Made by a program: the position numbers and the translations under genes. From NCBI GenBank assembly GCA_950097015.1, contig CATNEN010000038.1, positions 20,336,001 through 20,400,000 of the forward strand: DNA of 64,000 nt, given 5' to 3'. This stretch comes from Macrostomum hystrix. Lineage: Eukaryota; Animalia; Platyhelminthes. Of this stretch, positions 1 to 10,128 are shown one piece after another (position 1 is the stretch's first letter; every line of letters begins with the position of its first letter). The notes under the pieces were generated by a model. It searched no databases, was not told the origin of the DNA, and saw only the letters and a list, made by a program, of their open reading frames with translations.

Positions 1-2
1 TG

Positions 3-3000
3 TCGCATGCACGATTGTTCGCCGCGTTGAAGGACGCACGTGTCTCCCTGGACCAGCTTGACAGTCCACGGAGAAGGCTCAAAAGGCAGTTGAAGCTTGT
101 TGCGCGGTTGCTGCTTTCGTAGAACTTTGATGCCGTCAATGATGCCGTGCTCCTGGGCAGCCTTGCGGTCATCGAATCTTGATTTCATATCTTGCACGTA
201 ATTCCGGTGCCAGTCTTGAACTTCTTCATGATTCACCTCGACCGGCTGAGACGGCTTAGTGGTCGGGATGCCATCGTTCATCTTCCTGCCCATGAGGAGT
301 TCAGCGGGTGCGCGGCCGGTTGCTCGGTGCGGTGTTGTGCGGAAAGCCAGCAGCCAGTCCTCGATGGCCTCCTTCCAGTTACGCCCTTCGGCCACAGCCG
401 TCTGGATGACTTTTCCAATGCTCCGGTTGACTCGCTCTGTCGCTCCATTGGATTCAGGGTGGAGCGGGCAGATAAGGCGATGTCGAATGCCATAGGTGGT
501 GAGGAAGCTGCGGAAAGCGGCTGAATTGAATGGCGGGCCGTTGTCAGTGACCACCTCGATAGGGACGCCGAATCTACCGAACAGTCGGCGAAGGTGCGGG
601 CTCACGCTCTCCGCTGTCGATGAGTTCAGGAAGCTGACTTCTGGATATTTTGAGTAGAGGTCTGTGATGACTAGCAGCATCTGGCCCTGTACTGGTCCGT
701 AGAAGTCCATGCCTAGAGTGAGCCAGGCACCGTCTGGGATCTGCGTTGGTTTAAGAGGCGTTTGACGCGCTCCAGTGGAGGCGGCCTGGCAGAGCGTGCA
801 GCACTGAACAAAGCTCTCGCAGTCGCTGCGCATGCGAGGCCACCAGACTTTCGTTTGCAGCCGCTTCAGGGTTCGGTCAGCGCCTAGATGGCCGGTGTGC
901 GCTAGTTGGAGGACAGGCCTGCGCAGTGTCTCCGGGATGACGATGAGGTCGCCCCTTAGCAGGACGCCGTCACTCTCTGAGAGCTCGTTGCTGACGGTCT
1001 TGTAGGAGCGCTGGGCCGGGTCGCGGATATTCCAGTTACCGGTTCGGATGGCGCTTAGCGCCGCCTGGATGCCGCTGTCGGTGCGCGACGCTTCCCGCAC
1101 TTGAGCGAGGCTGAAGCCCTTTGGCACAGCTCCGGCCGACACGGCGTTGACGAAGGCGGTGTCAAGTTCTTCACCAACGTTCCTCCTTGATTCTGGCAGT
1201 GGCTGCCGGCTTAGCAGGTCGGCTGGATTGGTCGGCCCGGGTCGGTAAATCAGATCGAAGCGGAGGTGCTGGATGCGCAATGCCATCCGTTCGATTCGTG
1301 GCGGTGGACGAGAGCCAGGCTTGAACAGCGGCACGAGTGGTCGGTGGTCTGTTACTACAGTGAAGCCTGGGTCTCCGGCTAGGTAGTGTTCAAACTTCAA
1401 GCACCCGAATTTGATGGCCAGAGCTTCTCGCTCTATCTGCGCGTACCGCTGTTCCACTGCTGAAAGGGCTCTGCTGGCGTAAGCCACGGGTCTGCTGCTG
1501 CCGTCCGGCTGCCTCTGCGTGAGGATGGCGCCCAGTCCGACCGGGGAGGCGTCCACTAGGAGCTCGGTTTGCCGCCTGCGGTCGAAGAAGGCGAGCGTTT
1601 CCGCGGCGCCTATTGCTTTTTTAATGCTTTCGAATGCCGCAGTGTGCTTATCCGTCCACTCCCAGACCTGGCCCTTCTTTGTCAATTGACGTAGGGGCCC
1701 GGCGAGGTGAGCGAAGTTTGGGACGAATTTTGACAAGAAGTTCGCGGTGCCGAGGAATGAGCGGACGTCGGAAACGTTTTCAGGTTGCCGAAAGCTCTGC
1801 ATGGCCTCAATTTTCTCAGCAGCTGGCTCCATGCCCCGAGCAGTCAGGCGCATGCCGAGAAACTCGATGGACGGTCGGGAGAACCTGCACTTGTCCCTGT
1901 TGAGGGTGATGCCGTACTCACGCAGGCGCTGAAGGCACGCGTCCAGTCTCTTATGGTGTTGCTTTAAATCAGATGCGTAGATCACCACGTCATCGTGCGC
2001 CCACCGGACGCCTTCAATGTCGCTGAGGATGCCCAGCATGATCCGTTGCAAAATCTCCGAGGCATTCGTGAACCCCATGCTAAGTCTTTTAAGTCGCATT
2101 AGTCCGAGAGGCGTGCTGAAGGTGAAGTAGTGGCGGCTGTCTTCGTGAACTGGAATCTGGTAGAACGCCTTGCGGATGTCTAGTTCACTGAAAATTTTAG
2201 CGTTGGCCATCTCCTCCGTGATCTCTTCTAGCGTGGGGATCTGTTGTTTCTCCGGTATAACGAAAGCGTTGAGGTCGCGGAGATCCTGGCAGATTCTGAC
2301 GCCCCCGTCGGTCTTGGGCACTACTACCATACGGGATACCCAGGCGCTTGGTCCTTTGACGGCCTCAATAATGTCCTGCTTCTCTAGTGCCCGGAGTTCG
2401 TTAACTACGGCTTCTTTGAGGTGAGCAGCTACCCGGGAAGGCGCCTGGCATACCGGAATGGCATTTTCGGATAGCTGGACTTTCACCTCTACGCCCTTGA
2501 TGCAGCCGATGCCGTTGAATGCCTCTTTGTGCCGGTGCAGAATTGCGTCGAGTTGAGGATCGTTTGACTGCTGTGACGGCGTGTCAGAGACTGCGCTAAT
2601 TTCCTGCGCGTCGGAGATCTGTGGCCTCTGGATCTTCAGCACTCCAAGTTTGAATGCAGGCTGGCGTCCCAGAATAGTCAGGCCGTCGCCGTCCATGATG
2701 TGAAATGTCGCGGTAGTCTTGGCTGCTCCAACTTTGATGTGGAGTTCGGCGACCCCTGCAATCTTTAGAGGTGTCGGTACCCCGTAGGCGCGGACTTCTG
2801 TTCTTGTTGGACGAAGGTCCGGTAGATTAAGAGTCCTGAAGGTTTTGAGACTCATGATACTACAGCTGGCTCCGCTATCAATCATCATGGGCAGTTGTCG
2901 ATTTGCCACCTGTACGGACAGCGAGACGTCGGCTGGGTAGTCGCCGCCGTCGTACAGAGCAAACACATCTTCCTCCGTGGAGCCGTCAGCCGAACTGAAG

Positions 3001-3830
3001 ACTGCATTAGTGCTGATTCTCTGCTGCTGGGTCCGGTTGCTGTGCATCTGTCGAGGCTGGCGGCAGGCCAAAGCGAGATGGTTGGGTTTGCCGCAGTTGC
3101 GGCAGATTTTACCTTTGGCTGCGTCACAGGTGGCGTGGTCTTTCTCGCCGCAGCGGTAACACGTGAGCTGCTTCTGATCGCCGGACCTGCTGCTCGTCAG
3201 AGTCGCGCCTCTTCTGTCAGGTTTCACCTTATCGCCATGGGCAACGCTCGCCACATGCGTCTCCGACTTCTCCATCTCGGTGGCCTGTTCATCGGCTGCC
3301 TCAAACGCCCTAGCCTTCCGTAGCGCCTCGTCAAGGCTGATGTTCGCTTCCTGGAGCAGCCGCCTGCGAAGCTTGTCGGATGAGCAAGTTGCCACGAGCT
3401 GGTCCCTGATGAGGGAGTCTTTGAGATTCTCGAACTCACACGGCTCTGCAGCTGTGCGCAATCTGGCGTACCATGCGTCAATAGATTCTCCAGCTGCCTG
3501 TGTGCTGAGGCGGAACTGGTATCTAGCGAAGACTACGTTTTTTCGAGCATTGAAGTGAGACTTTAGAGCGTCAAGCGTATGCGAGAGGGTGAGTTCGCCG
3601 GCCTGTGCTTTCGCTGTCAGGTCGGCGTTTTCACGGATGATGTCGGCGATTTCCTTGCCAGCTGTGTAGCTCAGTAGCTTGCATCTTTGCTTCTCGTTGG
3701 TGATGCCTGATGCATCAATGAAGTCTTCGAAACGAGACGCCCATTGATTCCAGCGCTTGCCCGCGTTGTGTGGGTCTGCTGATATTGCGAATGGCTCAGG
3801 CGGGGGCAGTGAGAGAAAGTTGGCTGTCAT
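3..3830 (-). CDS. Gag-Pol polyprotein (single frame, runs off left edge)
   Basis: Manual translation from ATG 3830: MTANFLSLPPPEPFAISADPHNAGKRWNQW. Zinc knuckles CYRCGEKDHATC..CRNCGKPNHLALAC (~3060-3165); protease IDSGASCS (~2879); RT WAHDDVVI (1989-2000); RNase H LLVDASPVGLGA..TDHRPL; integrase H..H..CTLC, GMDFYGP, VVTDNGPPF, HPQSNGATER. Absent from the ORF track because no stop is reached in the window. Confidence 0.95.
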   Translation of the reverse strand, partial: MTANFLSLPPPEPFAISADPHNAGKRWNQWASRFEDFIDASGITNEKQRCKLLSYTAGKEIADIIRENADLTAKAQAGELTLSHTLDALKSHFNARKNVVFARYQFRLSTQAAGESIDAWYARLRTAAEPCEFENLKDSLIRDQLVATCSSDKLRRRLLQEANISLDEALRKARAFEAADEQATEMEKSETHVASVAHGDKVKPDRRGATLTSSRSGDQKQLTCYRCGEKDHATCDAAKGKICRNCGKPNHLALACRQPRQMHSNRTQQQRISTNAVFSSADGSTEEDVFALYDGGDYPADVSLSVQVANRQLPMMIDSGASCSIMSLKTFRTLNLPDLRPTRTEVRAYGVPTPLKIAGVAELHIKVGAAKTTATFHIMDGDGLTILGRQPAFKLGVLKIQRPQISDAQEISAVSDTPSQQSNDPQLDAILHRHKEAFNGIGCIKGVEVKVQLSENAIPVCQAPSRVAAHLKEAVVNELRALEKQDIIEAVKGPSAWVSRMVVVPKTDGGVRICQDLRDLNAFVIPEKQQIPTLEEITEEMANAKIFSELDIRKAFYQIPVHEDSRHYFTFSTPLGLMRLKRLSMGFTNASEILQRIMLGILSDIEGVRWAHDDVVIYASDLKQHHKRLDACLQRLREYGITLNRDKCRFSRPSIEFLGMRLTARGMEPAAEKIEAMQSFRQPENVSDVRSFLGTANFLSKFVPNFAHLAGPLRQLTKKGQVWEWTDKHTAAFESIKKAIGAAETLAFFDRRRQTELLVDASPVGLGAILTQRQPDGSSRPVAYASRALSAVEQRYAQIEREALAIKFGCLKFEHYLAGDPGFTVVTDHRPLVPLFKPGSRPPPRIERMALRIQHLRFDLIYRPGPTNPADLLSRQPLPESRRNVGEELDTAFVNAVSAGAVPKGFSLAQVREASRTDSGIQAALSAIRTGNWNIRDPAQRSYKTVSNELSESDGVLLRGDLIVIPETLRRPVLQLAHTGHLGADRTLKRLQTKVWWPRMRSDCESFVQCCTLCQAASTGARQTPLKPTQIPDGAWLTLGMDFYGPVQGQMLLVITDLYSKYPEVSFLNSSTAESVSPHLRRLFGRFGVPIEVVTDNGPPFNSAAFRSFLTTYGIRHRLICPLHPESNGATERVNRSIGKVIQTAVAEGRNWKEAIEDWLLAFRTTPHRATGRAPAELLMGRKMNDGIPTTKPSQPVEVNHEEVQDWHRNYVQDMKSRFDDRKAAQEHGIIDGIKVLRKQQPRNKLQLPFEPSPWTVKLVQGDTCVLQRGEQSCMR

Positions 3831-3846
3831 TTTTTTACCGCGCGGT

Positions 3847-3864
3847 AGGCGGCTTGCGATGCCA
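3847..3864 (-). other. Primer binding site of Gypsy element
   Basis: TGGCATCGCAAG... begins 1 nt after the LTR end (...CCTTACA). The TGG start is typical of a tRNA-CCA complement; the cognate tRNA was not determined. Confidence 0.7.
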
Positions 3865-3865
3865 C

Positions 3866-4047
3866 TGTAAGGAGTGCTGAGCCGAGAGATGATTTGTGTA
3901 GACGAAAAAGCCTAAAGCGAAGTAGGCTCTGAGCAATCGATTATATTTGATATTTGGTGATGAACATGCAACGTGCGGCCGATGGGTGCAGATGTACATT
4001 AATCGCTCGCAACTCCACGCACACTACGATATAACTCAGGGCCTACA
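3866..4047 (-). repeat. 5' LTR (~182 bp) of Gypsy element
   Basis: TGTAGG...CCTTACA inverted termini; the outer boundary coincides with the point where the PLE ORF is broken. Confidence 0.8.
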
Positions 4048-4377
4048 GCTAACACGGCTAAATGAACGCGCGCCCACTTGGCGCCTACAATCGAGAGCTG
4101 CAAACAAAGTCTGGTGTGAATGCCACTTTTCAAGGCCAATGTTCGGGATGTGAGTGCGGTTTGGAGTAAAGAAACGAGGTGCATAACTACAGGTGCGGCG
4201 TTGCATTAGGGAGTTCAAAGCAATTCTCTGTTTCAGATTCGCAATGGAGTCTAAGAAGACGCTCGATCCCACACGAGTTGGGGCAGGAACAAAGTTTTTT
4301 CCTTTTTCCAAAACTCTAAGCTCGCTAACAGTGAGGGTGTGGCTCGAAAGATTAATAACCAGACTGCCTTCGGCCAT
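4048..4377 (-). pseudogene. PLE ORF2 (reverse transcriptase/GIY-YIG polyprotein) N-terminus, disrupted by Gypsy insertion
   Basis: MAEGSLVINLSSHTLTVSELRVLEKGKNFVPAP matches the conserved PLE N-terminal motif. The last codons (CRP*) are read from the LTR (TGT AGG CCC TGA). Confidence 0.85.
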
Positions 4378-4388
4378 GATAGAGAGAT

Positions 4389-4859
4389 CTAGTTTTTTTG
4401 GTGTTTTCTGAGAACAAGCTGGAGGGCGCTCAGGCAGGATTCATCGGTCAACGAAACTAGGTTGGGTCGAAAAGACAGATGTCTAGGCGAGAGCGAGAGG
4501 TGGTCTCTACGGTTGATGCCATGCAAATGGCGGTTAATTTTCTCAGACGTTTTTCGGACGTTGTCAGGTGCATCGGCATGAGTGACAAAGTCAAGTGTAT
4601 AAACACTTGCGTTAGGGAATGCTTTACGACAGTGGTTGACGATTGTCATCAGCTGTTTGTCAAGAACACCTTCAAATTGTCTTGTTAGGTCCTGGCCCCA
4701 GGGGAACAGGATCACGGCTTTGGCTGATGAATATGGTGAAAATGCTTGTTCTCTGAGGATTTTAGATAAATGTTCTGCCTTTAGGTTCGGGAAGATTTCG
4801 AATTGAATGTCCGGGTACTTGGTCCCAGATTGGGACAGGCATTCATCTCCAATAATCAC
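4389..4859 (-). CDS. PLE ORF1 C-terminal part, SGNH/GDSL esterase-like domain (frameshifted from upstream part)
   Basis: VIIGDE...FPNLKAEHL...AVILFPWGQD...IVNHCRKAFPNASVY resembles SGNH blocks I-III. It overlaps the upstream ORF stop in a -1 frame. Confidence 0.6.
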   Translation of the reverse strand: MIIGDECLSQSGTKYPDIQFEIFPNLKAEHLSKILREQAFSPYSSAKAVILFPWGQDLTRQFEGVLDKQLMTIVNHCRKAFPNASVYTLDFVTHADAPDNVRKTSEKINRHLHGINRRDHLSLSPRHLSFRPNLVSLTDESCLSALQLVLRKHQKN

Positions 4860-6200
4860 GTGTCTTTCAATAATGGAGAAAGCTTCCAGTCCCTCTTGAG
4901 TCCACAGTGGACGTTTATGAAGGGTAGCGGCTTTGGAAGGCTGGCAATGGGTTCAGCATTTGCAGGTGGGGATGTCTGGTCACAGACCACCCCTGTGTCC
5001 AGCCCCTGAGCACAGGCAACTGGGTCCTGCGGTTGCGAGTCGGGGATCGCAATGATTTCCGCCGATGTGTCGAAGGTACATGGATCGACAAAGGAAGTGT
5101 TCTCATAGGTCGCAGGTAGGGATGTCTGGTCACAGACCACCCCCGTGTCCAGCCCCTGAGCACAGGCAACTGGACCCTGCATTTGAGTGCTTTGCACTTG
5201 GAAATCTTTCTCGGTGGAAAGAGTGTGGTTTTCACCCTCTTTGTGAGTGAGCAAACTAGGCTCTTCATTAAAGCTGCACCAGTCGGGGGAGCGCTGCAGG
5301 GGAGGTGCAGTGACAGGAACATGTTCCTGCACCGTTGGATCATCAAATGTTAACGGGGACGGATGATTGTTTTCTCTACGGATAGGATCATTGTGTGGAA
5401 TCAACTGAGAGACCAACGCCCCGAATCTAACATTAGCTCTAGGAGCATTGTTTGTTCGCGAAAAAAATGCGTTTGACTTACCGGAAACGGAGATAAGGTC
5501 AGGAACGACCAGTTGAATGCGATGCGAGACCAGTAGGGAGCGCAGCGCACTTGGAGATGACTTAAAACGCCTACCTAAGTCCTTGGAAGCCCATCGGAAG
5601 CCAACTTGCCAGCCAGTAAGGATGTCAGTTTGGCTGGACGATTCAGCGGCCTCCTCGATAGCAGTCGAGAGACGGAGAAGGCAGGACTCATAGTGTGACT
5701 CCATAGTGTCCTGGGTATTTGTCTCCCAGGTTTCTGCGTTTGACTTCAGACGGCGAATGCAGGCGTCTGAGGGCATGGCAGGGCGAATGAAGGTACGTAG
5801 TTGCTCAGTCTTTCGCTGTACGCCCGCCGGGACTGTTTGCCAGTTGTCCAGGTGGTGAGCCGACCGGAAAAGTTGTTTTACCAGCCGTGCAATGCGGGCA
5901 GCCTCTGCTGACAAAGCATTTTCTGCCACCTTGTGGGCGTTGTCAGTGTGACGGTTCCCTCGGATTCTGTTGCCGTCTCGTCTGTCGGTGTGGTGTGATC
6001 TAAATTCCTCACGATAGCGACTCGGGCCTGACTGGTCTCGAGCGCGGTCTCGAGTGCGTTCTCGTGTGTTCACGTGGCGCCGTCTCCTCTCTGGACTAAT
6101 TCTTGAGGGACGGCTTGTGACAGAGTAGCCCCGGTCTGACTCTTGACGACCACGTTGTTCAGGGCGTCTTGAGTACCACGAGCGTTGGTTGTTGGGCATA
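4856..6200 (-). CDS. PLE ORF1 N-terminal part (Arg-rich N-terminus, helical domain, Pro/Thr-rich linker)
   Basis: About 447 codons from ATG 6200 (track starts at TTG 6208). Contains LFRSAHHL..FIRPAMP..NAETW..HY..WQVGFRWA and an internal duplication of PVACAQGLDTGVVCDQTS. Confidence 0.7.
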
Positions 6201-6360
6201 GTAGTCAAAAATGGTTAAAAGGCCAAATAAATTTTTTTTGGGGCAACCAAAACACTGAGCACTGGTCCTGGGAGAAGATAGACGAAGGCCTCTCAGAGGC
6301 AATCCACGCACACAGTACTAGATGTTTTGAAATACCGATTTTTTAATATATAGTACGATG

Positions 6361-6399
6361 GACCAAATTTTCGGCCAAAGCTGGGCCTTCTTCAGGGTC
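6361..6399 (-). ncRNA. Minimal type I hammerhead ribozyme in PLE pLTR
   Basis: Minus strand GACC-CTGAAGA-AGGCC-CAGCTTT-GGCC-GAAA-ATTT-GGTC: CUGANGA and GAAA cores, stem II GGCC/GGCC, stem I GACC/GGTC, palindromic AAATTT in place of stem III. ATTAAA lies downstream. Confidence 0.85.
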
Positions 6400-6412
6400 T
6401 GTATATTTAGAT

Positions 6413-7085
<673 letters not shown>

Positions 7086-7476
7086 ACTAATTTAGATCTC
7101 TTAAAAAACGTGCTTAAAATATGTTTTAGTCTGTGAAGCTCCGAAGGTAGTGATTAAAAAATGGCTATTGAGTCACATCGAAAATTATCATGCTGCTGCA
7201 AAAAAATTAGACTCTTCAGTCTTAATGACAGGTGGCGCGTGCAAGCTGAGCACCTACTCGCTGACTGCAGGTGTAACTTCAGATGGGAACTATAATTGAA
7301 GTCTTTTGTCCGCTGACTAAATATGGAGAAACGAGTTACACCGTCATTTTTTTAATTCGCGTTTCAACAACCCAGGGAAAGACAGCATATTGATGAGAAA
7401 AGAAACACTTACTTACCAAATAAGGCTATGAAATATACAAGTACACGAAAAAAAATTCTCGGTTTTTTTAGGGTTG

Positions 7477-7585
7477 GGGTGTAGCCTAGTGCATAATGTT
7501 TCTCTGACTCGCAACTTGGAGGTCAAGGGTTCGATTTCTGACTACCCTAAAAACGCATATATTTCATTGGCAGGATACTTAACTC
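7477..7585 (+). mobile_element. tRNA-derived SINE, 5' fragment (family A)
   Basis: A box TAGCCTAGTGC, B box GGTTCGATT, then GGCAGGATACTTAACTC; similar to the copy at 38335-38634. Confidence 0.7.
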
Positions 7586-7621
7586 TAAAGATACTTCAGT
7601 TGTGTCTGTTTAAATTGATAA

Positions 7622-8805
7622 CATGTGAGAACTGAATGAGAAACAGGATCTGATTGTTGTGAGAAATGCGTGAGAAACATGATCCGATTGTTGTGAGAAA
7701 TGCATGAGAAACAGGATCTGATTGTTGTGAGAAATGCATGAGAAACAGGATCTGATTGAGGTGAGAAACGCATGAGAAACAGGATCTGATCGGGGTGAGA
7801 AATGCATGAGAAACTGGATCTAATTGTTGTGAGAAATGCATGAGAAACAGGATCTGATTGTTGTGAGAAATGCATGAGAAACAGGATCTGATTGAGGTGA
7901 GAAACGCATGAGAAACATGACCTGATTGGGGTGAGAAATTCATGAGAAACAGGATCTGATTGAGCTGAGAAATGCGTGAGAAACATGATCTGATTGGGGT
8001 GAGAAATGCATGAGAAACAGGATCTGATTGGGGTGAGAAATGCATGAGAAACAGGATCTGATTGGGGTGAGAAACGCAGGAGAAACAGGATCTGATTGGG
8101 GTGAGAAATGCATGAGAAACAGGATCTGATTGGGATGAGAAATGCATGAGAAACAGGATCTGATTGAGGTGAGAAATGCATGAGAAACAGGATCTGATTG
8201 GGATGAGAAATGCATGAGAAACAGGATCTGATTGGGATGAGAAATGCATGAGAAACAGGATCTGATTGGGGTGAGAAATTCATGAGAAACAGGATCTGAT
8301 TGAGGTGAGAAATGCATGAGAAACAGGATCTGATTGGGGTGAGAAACGCATGAGAAACAGGATCTGATTGGGGTGAGAAATGCATGAGAAACAGGATCTG
8401 ATTGAGGTGAGAAATGCATGAGAAACAGGATCTGATTGGGGTGAGAAATGCATGAGAAACAGGATCTGATTGGGGTGAGAAATGCATGAGAAACAGGATC
8501 TGATTGGGGTGAGAAATGCATGAGAAACAGGATCTGATTGAGGTGAGAAATGCATGAGAAACAGGATCTGATTGAGGTGAGAAATGCATGAGAAACAGGA
8601 TCTGATTGGGGTGAGAAATGCATGAGAAACAGGATCTGATTGGGGTGAGAAATGCATGAGAAACAGGATCTGATTGGGGTGAGAAATGCATGAGAAACAG
8701 GATCTGATTGAGGTGAGAAATGCATGAGAAACAGGATCTGATTGAGGTGAGAAATGCATGAGAAACATGATCTGATTGGGGTGAGAAATTTATAAGAAAC
8801 AAAAC
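7622..8805. repeat. 34-bp minisatellite (GAGAAATGCATGAGAAACAGGATCTGATTGGGGT)n
   Basis: Direct reading; the 34-aa periodicity in the ORF track equals three units. Confidence 0.97.
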
Positions 8806-9810
8806 AAATAATGTGAGAATTTTAAGAATGCAATCTGAATTAAAAGTTTTCATAATTTTCTACTACTAATACACTGCTCTTCTACTAGTAAATTGAGTTC
8901 ACTGTGTACGGCATAAAGCAGCTCATAACGCAGATATGTTACGACTTTAATATCTGAGCTAGACATAATTTTCTGATCAGGTCCGACTAGATAAGTTTGA
9001 AACAATCAGCAATGTCAGTTGCATGGGACACGCAAACCTATAGTATATAATCCAACTGTGATATGGAATTATTAGGGATGCCAAATTAGTTATTTTTACC
9101 TGCTTCAAAATGCACGCGAGAACAGAGTTTGTCGCTATTCGATCGATGAGTTTGGATTGATAGTAGAGCTGTCAGGTTAGTCAAACTGAGGGCCAAATGT
9201 AAATCTCGCAGGCGGTTGAGGCGGGTGCAATTTTCGGAAATCAAGCCGACAGGTGGCTGACTCCTTCTGATGGATAAACAACTTTTTGAAACTTATTTTT
9301 CTCTTCACTTCATCCGCTTCAGGGCTTTATAAAGTGGAAATTCTGATTTCAAGTTCTGAGAGGCTCTCGAGTTGCGGGGGACAGCTGGATCCCTTGAGAT
9401 CCCAAGTTACGTACTTCCCAAAAGCACACAGACACTAGCGTTCATTTTTATCTATCTATTAGCCTATACTCAGAATTTACGCTCGCAGTTATGATTTTTT
9501 TCGTCCATAGGTGCTTTAAGCTTCTACATCTGTAGTGAAACGTGACTGACAAGTTGCTCAGCGAAACATTTCCATGAGTATTGAGTCGTGCTTAAGTTAG
9601 AACTCTGTGAAGCCATGCAGGTTTAGTGCTCATTGGCTTTGATTTTGGGTGAATTATAATTTTATGCTCGTAGCTACTCGAAAAAACTGTTTGGAAGGGA
9701 AGAGGGACCCATTTGAGTGTTGCACCAAGAAAGTTTCCTGAGCGGTTAACGCTTTTGCCTCTCGCGCCAAGGTCCCTGAGCTCGATTCCGCGGCGAGGCC
9801 ACATTCATTT

Positions 9811-10128
9811 GGGGCGCATCCGCGGAGAGAAGGCTTGGGGGCTTTTCGTGAACTTTACGCCCTTGAGGGCCAACCTCCAAGGCACAGTGAAGTGTACACT
9901 GCCTGACGATGAGAAAGTCAGGGCAGATATACTCACCTGTGTGAGTGCGTGTGTACTACTTACCTGTGTGTACTACCTACCTACTAGATCTACCTGTGTA
10001 CAGAATCTGTGTGCTCAGGAGTCAGCGGAATGAGAAGAATTGCCTCCTCGCTGGCTGCGCGTCTATAGTGTCATCAAATGATGTGCCATTGTCCACAGCC
10101 CACCTGCAATTATTATTATTATTATTAT
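9811..10128 (+). mobile_element. 5'-truncated non-LTR retroelement 3' end with (ATT)n tail (probably RTE-type)
   Basis: 9905-10128 is similar to the reverse complement of 49065-49250; (ATT)n tail; flanked by ~40-bp diverged direct repeats. Confidence 0.65.

Larger units (their letters stand above)
1..4047 (-). mobile_element. Ty3/Gypsy (Mag-like) LTR retrotransposon, 3' end beyond window start
   Basis: 5' LTR at 4047-3866, PBS, and a gag-pol ORF with domain order PR-RT-RH-IN. It interrupts the Penelope-like RT ORF at 4047/4048. Confidence 0.95.
4048..6410 (-). mobile_element. Penelope-like element (Neptune-like, two-ORF), 5' part
   Basis: Hammerhead-bearing pLTR region, ORF1 with SGNH-like C-terminal domain, and an ORF2 N-terminus with the PLE signature VINLS..L...E..VLEKGKNFVP. 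Confidence 0.85.

Noticed and set aside
192-3558. Plus-strand and alternate-frame short ORFs
   Set aside because: Shadows of the GC-rich gag-pol frame.
7585-8853. 422-aa repeat ORF and CRISPR-like 34-bp periodicity
   Set aside because: Head-to-tail repeats with no unique spacers, no cas genes, eukaryotic context.
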